From Clostridiales bacterium (GTDB taxonomy: Bacteria > Bacillota > Clostridia > Christensenellales > CAG-138): a stretch of DNA of 64,000 nt. Under the pieces are notes generated by a model that had not been told where the DNA came from, ran no database searches, and saw nothing but the letters and a program-made list of their open reading frames with translations. The translations under genes and the position numbers were made by a program. Of the stretch, positions 47,056 to 55,254 are shown one piece after another; the first letter of the stretch is position 1; every line of letters starts with the position of its first letter. The stretch is from NCBI GenBank assembly GCA_009779405.1, contig WREI01000004.1, positions 52 to 64,051 of the forward strand, written 5' to 3'.

Positions 47056-47216
47056 CGTCGGAGCGGACTCCGCTACGTTCGCGGCGATTTATTGCATAAA
47101 TCACCGCTCATACGCTCTGTCGCTCCTCCTTTGCCGAAAAAAGTCACGGCAAGTCGAAAGGCTTCGCTTGCAAGCGCGCTCTCGCCTTTCTTTGTTGCCT
47201 ACCAACTTTTTTCGGG
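47054..47216 (+). ncRNA. Probable skipping-rope-type structured RNA attached to the tRNA 3' end
   Basis: CACGTCGGAGC start, CTCCTC, CCGAAAAAAGT/ACTTTTTTCGG stem, TTCGCTTGCAAGCGCGCT, CTACCAAC; family recognised from memory only. Confidence 0.55.
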
Positions 47217-47228
47217 AACTACGCAGAC

Positions 47229-47303
47229 GGCCCCTTGGTCAAGCGGTTAAGACATCGCCCTTTCACGGCGGTAACAGGAGTTCGATTCTCCTAGGGGTCA
47301 CCA
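47229..47303 (+). tRNA. tRNA-Glu(TTC)
   Basis: GGCCCCT/AGGGGTC stem, loop CTTTCAC, GTTCGATTC, CCA. Confidence 0.95.
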
Positions 47304-47351
47304 AGCGCGTATCACCCGGTAAGTCTCCGATTTGCCGGGTGCGCTTTTCGG

Positions 47352-47461
47352 AGTTAAAAGTGAATAGTTAAGAGTGAAGAGTTATGGTTGAAGTTTTATT
47401 ATAGAAATCCCGCAGGAATTTCCACCGCAACTCTTAACTATTCACTATTCACTCTTAACTC
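47352..47461. repeat. Gene-less heptamer (AGTKAAK)n inverted repeat in the tRNA spacer
   Basis: Arm 47352-47383 pairs with 47429-47461; same unit family as the 27 kb cassette. Confidence 0.85.
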
Positions 47462-47468
47462 CCCACGA

Positions 47469-47545
47469 GGGCCCTTAGCTCAGTTGGTTAGAGCACTCGA
47501 CTCATAATCGAGTAGTCCCGGGTTCAAGTCCCTGAGGGCCCACCA
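47469..47545 (+). tRNA. tRNA with CAT anticodon, most likely tRNA-Ile2 (lysidine)
   Basis: GGGCCCTTAGCTCAGTTGGTTAGAGC, loop CTCATAA; body resembles Ile2 rather than initiator or elongator Met. Confidence 0.88.
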
Positions 47546-47551
47546 TACAAC

Positions 47552-47594
47552 AAAATCCCCATAGGGCAATAAGCCCGCCGGGGATTTTTTGTTT
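47552..47594 (+). terminator. Terminator of the tRNA operon, possibly bidirectional
   Basis: AAAATCCCC ... GGGGATTTTTT. Confidence 0.65.
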
Positions 47595-47610
47595 CATATG
47601 GGGGGGGGTA

Positions 47611-48291
47611 TTACTTCCCGTCTTCCTTGTCGAACTCGAACGCCGCGCTGGGCATACCGGAGGATCTCTTCGTGGCTTCCGCCTGTGCTTCGCGCCGCTT
47701 TTCCTTGTCCGTCATCACCTGGATCATAACAAAGATGCCGGCCAGGATAACCAGTGACGCCATCATCATGCCCAGATTGACGCCTTGCAGCAGTTCAGGC
47801 GTGAGGAAGGAGAGCTTTTCGTTCTTGGTGAAGATTCTCTCGTTATAGGGCGGCTCCGGGGTGGCTTCCGGTGCTGTCGCCGCGGGCATGCAGAGACTGC
47901 CCAGACCCATGTCCTCGACGGGCTGCGGCGTGGCATCCGGGTCGGGGGTCGCGTCGGGGTCGGGGGTCGGCGACGCGAGGATCTCGGTTATCTGCTCGGC
48001 GGTGAATTCATACGCCTCGCCCGCCGGGTGGATGATGCCCGTCTTCTCATCCGTATAGGGCTCCTTAAAGGTATAGCGGGCGTCATAGAGGAAGCCCGGC
48101 ATAACGGAGATCGCGAATTGCAGCAGCATCAGGACGGCGAGCGTGAGATAGAGCGCGCGCAGGATCTTTTTGAAGCTCGCCTGGAATTTTTCCTTGATGT
48201 GTTCCGCCTGAAAGAGACGGCCCTTGCCGCGTATGGCGCCGGCGAGGACATACAGGCCTATGACGAGCAGGAGTATGGGGAGTAGGTTCAT
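47611..48291 (-). CDS. Hypothetical membrane protein with PDATPD repeats
   Basis: AAGGAG RBS, 3 TM helices, low-complexity loop. Confidence 0.75.
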   Translation of the reverse strand: MNLLPILLLVIGLYVLAGAIRGKGRLFQAEHIKEKFQASFKKILRALYLTLAVLMLLQFAISVMPGFLYDARYTFKEPYTDEKTGIIHPAGEAYEFTAEQITEILASPTPDPDATPDPDATPQPVEDMGLGSLCMPAATAPEATPEPPYNERIFTKNEKLSFLTPELLQGVNLGMMMASLVILAGIFVMIQVMTDKEKRREAQAEATKRSSGMPSAAFEFDKEDGK

Positions 48292-48338
48292 GGTGATCTC
48301 CTTTGATTGATTTTTATGTAATGCGATGGTGCGAGGGC

Positions 48339-48497
48339 AAGTAATAATGCAGAATGCAGAGAAACTTCATACAATGAACATGCGTTAGGATGATTATACC
48401 AACTGTCTTTGCCCGGAACTTCTCTCTGTCCTCTGCATTATTACCTGTTATCTCTCAAACCCCTCTCTGCCTTCTGCATTCTTACTTATTACTTCTC
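48339..48497. repeat. Gene-less (AAGTAAT)(AATGCAG) heptamer element; inverted copy of 54167-54332
   Basis: One arm at 48339-48363, two complementary arms at 48421-48456 and 48463-48497; overlaps the cysS stop. Confidence 0.85.
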
Positions 48498-49879
48498 TTC
48501 AGCTTCGACCCTTGCGGCGCATCTTCCACCGCATAGCCCAGCCCTTTCAGTTCGCTGCGGATGGCGTCGGCGCGCGCCCAGTTTTTGGCCTGCTTGGCGG
48601 CTTTGCGCTCTTCCAAAAGCGCGAGGGCGGCGGCGGGGAATTCCTCCGCGGCGCTTTGCAGCAGGCCGAGGACATTGCAGAGCTCGCCGAAGATGGCTTT
48701 GGTCTCGGTCAGGGCTGCAACACTGCGGGGCTCGGAGACAAAGATGTTGATGGCGTGCGCCATTTCAAAGAGCACGCCGAGGGCGGCGGCGCTGTTCAGG
48801 TCGTCGTCCATTTCGTCGACGAAGCGAGCGCGGAGGGTGTTCAAATCAGAAAGAAACACTGTTTCCGACGGGCGGATGGTATCCGCCCCTACGGGTGCGT
48901 CCGCAAGGCGGGTCTGCGCGGTTTGCAGGCGGGCGAGCGCCGCCTTCGCCTGATCCATATTGTCCGTGCTGTAATTGATGGGGTTGCGGTAGTGCACGCT
49001 GTGCATAAACAGGCGCACGACTTCGGGGGCATAGAATTTCAGGATTTCGCGCATCGTGAAGAAATTGCCCTTGGATTTACTCATCTTCTCGCTGTCGATG
49101 TTGATATAACCGTTGTGCATCCAGTAGCGCGCGAAGGGGCGGCCCGTATAAGCCTCGCTCTGGGCGATTTCGTTCTCGTGGTGGGGGAAAATGAGGTCCT
49201 GCCCACCCGCGTGGATGTCGAAGCTCTCGCCCAGATAGCGCATGCTCATGGCGGAGCATTCGATGTGCCAGCCGGGCCTTCCCATGCCCCAGGGGCTGTC
49301 CCAAGCGGGCTCGCCGGGCTTTTGCGCTTTCCACAACGCGAAGTCCAGCGGGTCGCGCTTGTCCTCGGTGCTGTCCACGCGCGCGCCGTTCTCCAAGTCG
49401 TCGATGTTCTGCCCCGAAAGCTTGCCATAGGCGGGATAGCTGCGCACGTCAAAATATACGTCGCCACCTTCGGTTGCATAGGCGTGGCCCTTTGCGATCA
49501 GGCCCTCGATGAGCGTGATAATCTCGGCGATATGATCCGTGGCGCGCGGGTTCTGCGTGGCGCGGCGTATGCCCAGCGCGTCCGCGTCGCGGTAAAACTC
49601 GGCGATGAAGCGCTCGCCCAATTCGGCGACCGTGATGCCCTCGCGATTAGCGCGCTGTATCATCTTGTCGTCGATATCGGTGAAATTCAGGATATAGGTC
49701 ACGCGGTTCCCGCGAAACTCCAGGTATCGCCGCAGAGTGTCGAACACGATCAAGGGGCGGGCATTGCCCAGATGAAAATAATCATAGACCGTGGAACCGC
49801 AAGCATACATGCGAATCTCGCCGGGGACGCCGGGAATGAGCTCCTCTTTTTTTCGGGTTTGGGTGTTGTAAACGCGCAT
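48482..49879 (-). CDS. cysS: Cysteinyl-tRNA synthetase
   Basis: HLGN, DFALWK, GRPGWHIECSAM, KMSKS. Confidence 0.98.
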   Translation of the reverse strand: MRVYNTQTRKKEELIPGVPGEIRMYACGSTVYDYFHLGNARPLIVFDTLRRYLEFRGNRVTYILNFTDIDDKMIQRANREGITVAELGERFIAEFYRDADALGIRRATQNPRATDHIAEIITLIEGLIAKGHAYATEGGDVYFDVRSYPAYGKLSGQNIDDLENGARVDSTEDKRDPLDFALWKAQKPGEPAWDSPWGMGRPGWHIECSAMSMRYLGESFDIHAGGQDLIFPHHENEIAQSEAYTGRPFARYWMHNGYINIDSEKMSKSKGNFFTMREILKFYAPEVVRLFMHSVHYRNPINYSTDNMDQAKAALARLQTAQTRLADAPVGADTIRPSETVFLSDLNTLRARFVDEMDDDLNSAAALGVLFEMAHAINIFVSEPRSVAALTETKAIFGELCNVLGLLQSAAEEFPAAALALLEERKAAKQAKNWARADAIRSELKGLGYAVEDAPQGSKLKRSNK

Positions 49880-49968
49880 GGGTTGTTCCTATCATAGTAT
49901 ATCGAGTGTAGGATATGCTGTTTTGGGGCGTTTGTCAATCGGGTTGTGTGGGAGTTTGCAGGAAGTTC

Positions 49969-51057
49969 TCAGTTAAGCAGATCTTTTTCATGTATCGTTC
50001 GGAGTATGTTTCCGTCTATGTCGATTTCGGCTAAGCACATATAGAACGAACCTCCACTGTTTTTGACAAAAATGCGTCCTTCTTCGCATTGAATAATCTC
50101 AAGGTGGCTGCCTGTCCCCACTTGTTCCACAGATAGAATCGCTTTGTTCTCATTTTCATTCATTCTATACAGCGTTCTTCCTCCAAAAGAACCATCCGCT
50201 ACATACAGGATATAGCCACCAAAGAAATTGAAACTCCCTACAAACGTGTCGCAAACAAGCTCTCTGTCGTATGTTTTACAATTCAACCTGTACAATTTAT
50301 GATTATCTGCCCTATCTACGTAATACAAGTACCCATTGTTGAACAATACAGTTCCTTGGTAGAACAATCCGCCCACGCTGCAATCAAACTCAATAACCTC
50401 TTTTGTTTTCATATCATAGGAAGCAAGCGTATGTTGCAAAGATCCGGGGATCAGTTGGTCAATAAACTCATACCATATCTTTCCATCATAGACGGCGAAT
50501 CGTAAGAAGTTAAAAACTTTATGATCATTGAGCTTGGCCACTTGCACAAGGTTTTTGCCATTGTAGTCCATCCTGTAAATCACGGGGCATCCCACATCAT
50601 CCTCGCCGCTGAAATAGATATATTTTTCCGAGAAGAATGGATTATAGGCCATCTCATTGATTAAAGTAATCGTTTTGCCTTTGACTCTGTATAGTCCTCC
50701 CCATCGTCCATAAATGGCTCCGTTGCGCGAATGGTAACCGACAAAACCCTCTAAACCAGGAACTTCCATGGCTCTTCCTGTACCGTTGTAATATCTGATT
50801 GCGGACGAAGTGCTCTCTCCATTCAGTATATCATAGTAGTAATAGAACCCTTTGGAACACAAAAGGATTTGCTTGGAGCTGCAAGACCCACGCCATTCAA
50901 CCGTTTCCGTCAGCTCAATCTCCGAAAGCGGGCGGAGTGTTGTTTGGATTTGCGTGATTTTGGAGGTGAATTCCTTGCTTGCGGAGGGCGGGGTTGTGTT
51001 GCAGGCCGTCAGGAAAGCCAGCAGAAGGCAGATAAGGCAGGTTCTGGCGTGTTTCAT
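49969..51057 (-). CDS. Beta-propeller-like lipoprotein (DUF5050-like), AT-rich
   Basis: Lipobox LTAC; repeated YIYF/IYRM/LYY strands. Confidence 0.7.
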   Translation of the reverse strand: MKHARTCLICLLLAFLTACNTTPPSASKEFTSKITQIQTTLRPLSEIELTETVEWRGSCSSKQILLCSKGFYYYYDILNGESTSSAIRYYNGTGRAMEVPGLEGFVGYHSRNGAIYGRWGGLYRVKGKTITLINEMAYNPFFSEKYIYFSGEDDVGCPVIYRMDYNGKNLVQVAKLNDHKVFNFLRFAVYDGKIWYEFIDQLIPGSLQHTLASYDMKTKEVIEFDCSVGGLFYQGTVLFNNGYLYYVDRADNHKLYRLNCKTYDRELVCDTFVGSFNFFGGYILYVADGSFGGRTLYRMNENENKAILSVEQVGTGSHLEIIQCEEGRIFVKNSGGSFYMCLAEIDIDGNILRTIHEKDLLN

Positions 51058-51168
51058 GGATGGCTCCTTTGGTTCGGGTTCGCGGGTGGGTTCGCCAGCT
51101 CCGACGCAATCTTTTCTCTTGCTCGGAAGGGCACGATATTAGGCGGCTCCATAGGAGACGCGGCGCCC

Positions 51169-52776
51169 CTACGGCGGCCCCAGAATTCCGGGCAGAGGGG
51201 TGCCTGTCTCCTCTAAGGCTATGATTTGCGCGTAGCCTATGGCGTAGCGGAGAAAGTGGAGGGGGTTGTCCAAGGCCATTGCGTAGAGGAAATCTGTGTA
51301 GATTTCCATCTCGCGTTCGGCCAGGTAGGCGCGCAGGGCGTTGGCGTCATAGTTGAATGCATTGACCAGAATGCTTGCAATCGCGCCGCAGATGTCCTCA
51401 TAGCGTTCGAAATAGAAGGCCATCAGATAGACGTCCTTATCCGTCTCGCCCAAGTGGGCGGTTGCGGCCTGCGCGGTCGCCAGCGCCCGGCCTTCCCAAA
51501 CTGCGGCGAAGGAGAGGGTCTTTTGGAAGAGGGGGATATCGGGGTTTTCCATGGCGCCGATATAATCCGCCGCGTGGGCGCTCTCGTGTGCCCAAAGCAG
51601 GCTGCTTGCACTGCCGCTCTCGCGCAGGGCGAAATGGCCCGCGGGCGCGTCTATGGTGCCGGGGATATAGAGCAGCGCGGGCAGCGTGTCGTGCGCGCCC
51701 GCAAAGCGCAGGACTGCGTCCGACGCCGGGGGTCTGCCCGCCGACAGCGGCGGCGGAATGGGTATCGAGGGGTGCAGGATGTACAGGCCTTCCAATCCGA
51801 AATACAGCAACTCCGCCCTCGCTTCCAACAGCTCCAATGCGACCGCGGGAGAGATTTGCGCGCCCGCTTCCCGCGCCAGCGCGCGGGCAAACCACGCGTC
51901 CGCGCCGGATCCGCTCTGCTTGCCCTCCCGGCAGAGCGGCGCAAGCGCGCGCAAAACCTGCGCCAAATCTTGATAGGCGGGAATATAGGCGTCGCGCAAA
52001 AGTGCCGCGTGGCGTTCCGTCAGCTCCGTTACTTTTTCCTCCGAAAGCGAAAGTGCCGCCAGATCTGCGGAAAAGCTGTCTTGCAGGGAGGAGAGCACAG
52101 GCTCGGATATAAGCGTTTCGCACTCCGATAAAACGAGTTCCAGCGCGGGCGCGGTCATAAACAGCCCCTCCGTCGCGCGCGTCTGCGCCCATTCGGCGGC
52201 CTGCGCGAAATAGCGGGGCAAGTCGGCCAGCAGGGTCAAGTATAGCTCTGCGTCCGCCGCATCGCGGAGAACATAGTGTAAAAAATAGGCCGGAATTTCG
52301 CAGTGCAGCCCGGTCTGCGGCGAGAACGGCTCATAATAGAGCCAATCGCCCGCCTCCTGCTCCTCCGCTTCCAACCAGGCCAGCGCCGCTTCCGCCGCCG
52401 CCTGTTTCTGCGCGGACAGACCGTCGGGGAGGGCATATAAACTTTCGATATGCGTTTGGCACTCCGCGGCATAACGGGTCGCCGCCGTCTCGGAGAGATC
52501 GCCCAGGGTTTGCGGCACCAAGGTCCTGTCTATGCCATAGGCCGCAGGCTCCGCCAAGAGCGCGCGCAGTCGCCGCGCGTCGCGCGTGGCCGCCCAAAGG
52601 AAGAGCGTGGCATCCAATGCATCAAAGTCCTCCTCCCCCGTCCCCGGCGGCGCGGGGGTGGTGGCTGTTGCCGTGCTGAACGGCTGTGCGGTCGCCTGCG
52701 GCGGTTCGGGTGCTTGTCCGCAGGCGGAGAGGATTAAAATTGCTATCAATACAAAGGGAAGACTTGATTTTCTCAT
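51169..52776 (-). CDS. DUF885-like lipoprotein
   Basis: Lipobox LSAC; Y..LL..LP.YF, GLFM, HESAH and WEG motifs near the C-terminus. Confidence 0.6.
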   Translation of the reverse strand: MRKSSLPFVLIAILILSACGQAPEPPQATAQPFSTATATTPAPPGTGEEDFDALDATLFLWAATRDARRLRALLAEPAAYGIDRTLVPQTLGDLSETAATRYAAECQTHIESLYALPDGLSAQKQAAAEAALAWLEAEEQEAGDWLYYEPFSPQTGLHCEIPAYFLHYVLRDAADAELYLTLLADLPRYFAQAAEWAQTRATEGLFMTAPALELVLSECETLISEPVLSSLQDSFSADLAALSLSEEKVTELTERHAALLRDAYIPAYQDLAQVLRALAPLCREGKQSGSGADAWFARALAREAGAQISPAVALELLEARAELLYFGLEGLYILHPSIPIPPPLSAGRPPASDAVLRFAGAHDTLPALLYIPGTIDAPAGHFALRESGSASSLLWAHESAHAADYIGAMENPDIPLFQKTLSFAAVWEGRALATAQAATAHLGETDKDVYLMAFYFERYEDICGAIASILVNAFNYDANALRAYLAEREMEIYTDFLYAMALDNPLHFLRYAIGYAQIIALEETGTPLPGILGPP

Positions 52777-52780
52777 GCCC

Positions 52781-54154
52781 TTACTCCTTCTTCCAATTCA
52801 CAAACCTCGTATATTCTCCCTTGAAGACCAGCATGACTTTGCCTATCTCGCCGTGGCGGTACTTGCCGATGATCAGCTCGGCCTCGTCGTTCGCCGCGGG
52901 GTTGTAGACCTGTTCGCGATAGAGCAGGAGCACCATATCGGCGTCCTGCTCGATGCTGCCGCTCTCGCGCAGGTCGGAGACCTGGGGCCGTTTTTCCGCG
53001 CGCTTCTCCACGTCGCGGTTCAACTGGGAGAGCAGGAGTATGGGTACATTCAACTCGCGGGCCAGCAGCTTCATCATGCGGGTCATATCCGAAATTTCCT
53101 GCTGGCGGTTGTCGTTTTTGCGGCCACTCTGCCCCGTGCCGCTCATCAACTGCATATAGTCGATGACGACCAGATCGAGCCCGTGCCGCACTTTCAGGCG
53201 GCGGCACTTGCTGCGTATGCTTGCGACGGTCGCGCCGCCCGAGTCGTCGATAAAGAGCTTGGCGTTTTCTATGGGCGCGGCGGCCTCCAAGAGACTTGCC
53301 AGTTCCTGTTGGGAGATGGTTCCGTTCTTTACTCTCTCGGAATTGATGGCGGCGGCGGCGCAGAGCATGCGCTGCATCAGCTGCTCGCGGCTCATTTCCA
53401 AGCAAAAGAAAGCCACGCTGCGCTTATCGTGCACAGCGGCATGGTGGGCGATATTGAGCGCGAGCGTCGTCTTGCCCATGGCCGGGCGCGCGGCGAGTAT
53501 GATCAGGTCCGAGGGTTGCAGACCGTTGGTACTGCGGTTCAAGTCCGTAAAACCCGTATCCACACCCGTCAGCTTGCCCTTGTTCGCCATGAGGTTGCCG
53601 ATGCGCTCCAGCGTCGGGAACACGACATCCGAAGCGGGCAGCAGGCTCTCCTCCGACTTGCGCATGGACAGCGCATAAATGCGCCGCTCGGCCTCGTTGA
53701 GCGAATCCTCCACGTCCTTCTCGTCGCTGTAGCCGTCGCGCATCATCTCGCTGCCCGCGCGGATGATACCGCGCTGCAAGGCCCGCTCCTCGACGATGCG
53801 GATATAGTGCCGCACGTTCTCCGCCGTAGGCACGGCCAGATAGAGCTCCGCCAGATAGGCATCGCCGCCCGCGATATCGAGCTTGCCGTAGCGCGCCAAC
53901 TCCTCGCGCAATGTGACCATATCGACCGCATGCCCCGCCTGATGAATCTGCAGCATGGCTGTAAAGATCTCGCGGTGCGCGCCGACATAGAAATCCTCGG
54001 CGCGCAGGCTCTCCGCCGCTTCCTCCAATGCTTCGCGCGAAGACAGCGCCGCGCCCAGCACCGACTGCTCCGCGGCATGGCTGTGGGGAGAAGGGGTTTG
54101 GGGGGCAGGGGTGGGTTCGGAGGGGAGGTAGTTGTCTTGGGGATATGATTCCAT
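52781..54154 (-). CDS. dnaB: Replicative DNA helicase
   Basis: AEQSVLG, AARPAMGKT, IDYMQLM, SQLNR, DLRESGSIEQDAD. Confidence 0.97.
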   Translation of the reverse strand: MESYPQDNYLPSEPTPAPQTPSPHSHAAEQSVLGAALSSREALEEAAESLRAEDFYVGAHREIFTAMLQIHQAGHAVDMVTLREELARYGKLDIAGGDAYLAELYLAVPTAENVRHYIRIVEERALQRGIIRAGSEMMRDGYSDEKDVEDSLNEAERRIYALSMRKSEESLLPASDVVFPTLERIGNLMANKGKLTGVDTGFTDLNRSTNGLQPSDLIILAARPAMGKTTLALNIAHHAAVHDKRSVAFFCLEMSREQLMQRMLCAAAAINSERVKNGTISQQELASLLEAAAPIENAKLFIDDSGGATVASIRSKCRRLKVRHGLDLVVIDYMQLMSGTGQSGRKNDNRQQEISDMTRMMKLLARELNVPILLLSQLNRDVEKRAEKRPQVSDLRESGSIEQDADMVLLLYREQVYNPAANDEAELIIGKYRHGEIGKVMLVFKGEYTRFVNWKKE

Positions 54155-54166
54155 GTTGACCTCGCT

Positions 54167-54332
54167 AAGTAATAGGTAATAATGCAGAAGGCAGAGAGGA
54201 GTTGAGAAGTAACAGGTAATAATGCAGAAGGCAGAGAAGGTTCTTTGCAAAGACGTTGGTGCGATTTTGCTTGTTCCAACTCATGCTTCCTGGATGCAGT
54301 TTCTCTGCATTCTGCATTATTACTTATTACTT
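54167..54332. repeat. Gene-less heptamer element between rplI and dnaB
   Basis: Two arms AAGTAAY-AGGTAAT-AATGCAG-AAGGCAG-AGA (54167-54198, 54207-54238) and one complementary arm 54301-54332 containing the rplI stop. Confidence 0.88.
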
Positions 54333-54770
54333 CGCAATAACTCTCACCGTCACCACCGCACTCACGCCCTCAAAGAGGGCGATTCTCGCGCTGTATTCGC
54401 CGATAGCACGCACGGGATCCATGCGTATGTTCTTCTTATCGACGTCGACGCCCTTCTGCACTTTCAGCGCCGCGGCGACCTCCTTGTTTCCCACGGTGCC
54501 GAACATCTTGCCGTTCTCGCCCACGTTGGCCTGAATCGTCACCTGCGCGCGGTCGAGCGCCTTGGCCGCATCGCGTGCGGCGATGCCCGCCTGGAATTTG
54601 CGGTGCTGGGCCGCGCTCTTCTGAATGTTCATGGCGTTGATGCTTGCCGCGTCCGCGGGGCTGGCCATCTTGCGCGGCAGCAGGAAGTTGCGGGCATAGC
54701 CCTCCGCCACGTCCACGATCTCGCCCTTCTTCCCCGTGCCCTTGATGTCTTGTTCGAGTAATACCTTCAT
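54327..54770 (-). CDS. rplI: 50S ribosomal protein L9
   Basis: MKVLL..DIKG.GKKGEIV.V..GYARNFL.P, GKMFG.V. Confidence 0.97.
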   Translation of the reverse strand: MKVLLEQDIKGTGKKGEIVDVAEGYARNFLLPRKMASPADAASINAMNIQKSAAQHRKFQAGIAARDAAKALDRAQVTIQANVGENGKMFGTVGNKEVAAALKVQKGVDVDKKNIRMDPVRAIGEYSARIALFEGVSAVVTVRVIAK

Positions 54771-54802
54771 GATTTGCTCCTCCTTGTTTGCTTGGGTATG
54801 TG

Positions 54803-55254
54803 AAGTAATAAGTAATAATGCAGAATGCAGAGAGGGGTTCTATTTCTCGTCTGTCTTCTCTTGTCTGCTTTTTGAGGTTTTGATGATTGCGGTTAAAATC
54901 TTTTTTAGCTCCACGCAATCTGCCATAATGTTTTCTCCTTGGTTTTTTGTTAAGTATTCGGTCTTCTGTAATAAAAGCAACCAGTATTCTGTTTCGCTTG
55001 CTTCCTTATAGGCAATATACATCTTCGATAAAAAATCTTTGTTCGATTGCCCGTTGAATGCCTCGTGCGCGTTCGCGCCTATGCTTGTTCCGCTGCGCAA
55101 CAATTGCTTTGACATGATATATTCCTTTTTCTCCTGGCAAAGGAATTGATAGAGCCGAACGATCCGAACGGCAAAGGCCATGGATTTTATCAAAATCGCA
55201 CTGTCTTTCAAGTCTCATTCCCCTCTCTGCATTCTGCATTATTACCTATTACCT
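54803..55254. repeat. 35-bp heptamer-built inverted repeats tightly bracketing a four-helix-bundle gene
   Basis: AAGTAAT AAGTAAT AATGCAG AATGCAG AGAGGGG (54803-54837) vs reverse complement of 55220-55254 (33/35 identical). Confidence 0.92.
54840..55211 (-). CDS. Four helix bundle protein (23S rRNA IVS protein / TIGR02436 family)
   Basis: KSMAFAVRIV, MSKQLLRSGTSIGAN, S.KDFLSKM.IA.KEA.ET.YWL; AT-rich. Confidence 0.9.
   Translation of the reverse strand: MKDSAILIKSMAFAVRIVRLYQFLCQEKKEYIMSKQLLRSGTSIGANAHEAFNGQSNKDFLSKMYIAYKEASETEYWLLLLQKTEYLTKNQGENIMADCVELKKILTAIIKTSKSRQEKTDEK

Noticed and set aside
46979-47545. Prophage or ICE integrated at the tRNA cluster
   Set aside because: No integrase, no duplicated tRNA 3' end and no phage or conjugation genes nearby
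48339-55254. CRISPR array suggested by recurring 30-35 bp repeats
   Set aside because: The repeats are inverted, dispersed and built from 7-mers, with no regular unique spacers and no cas genes
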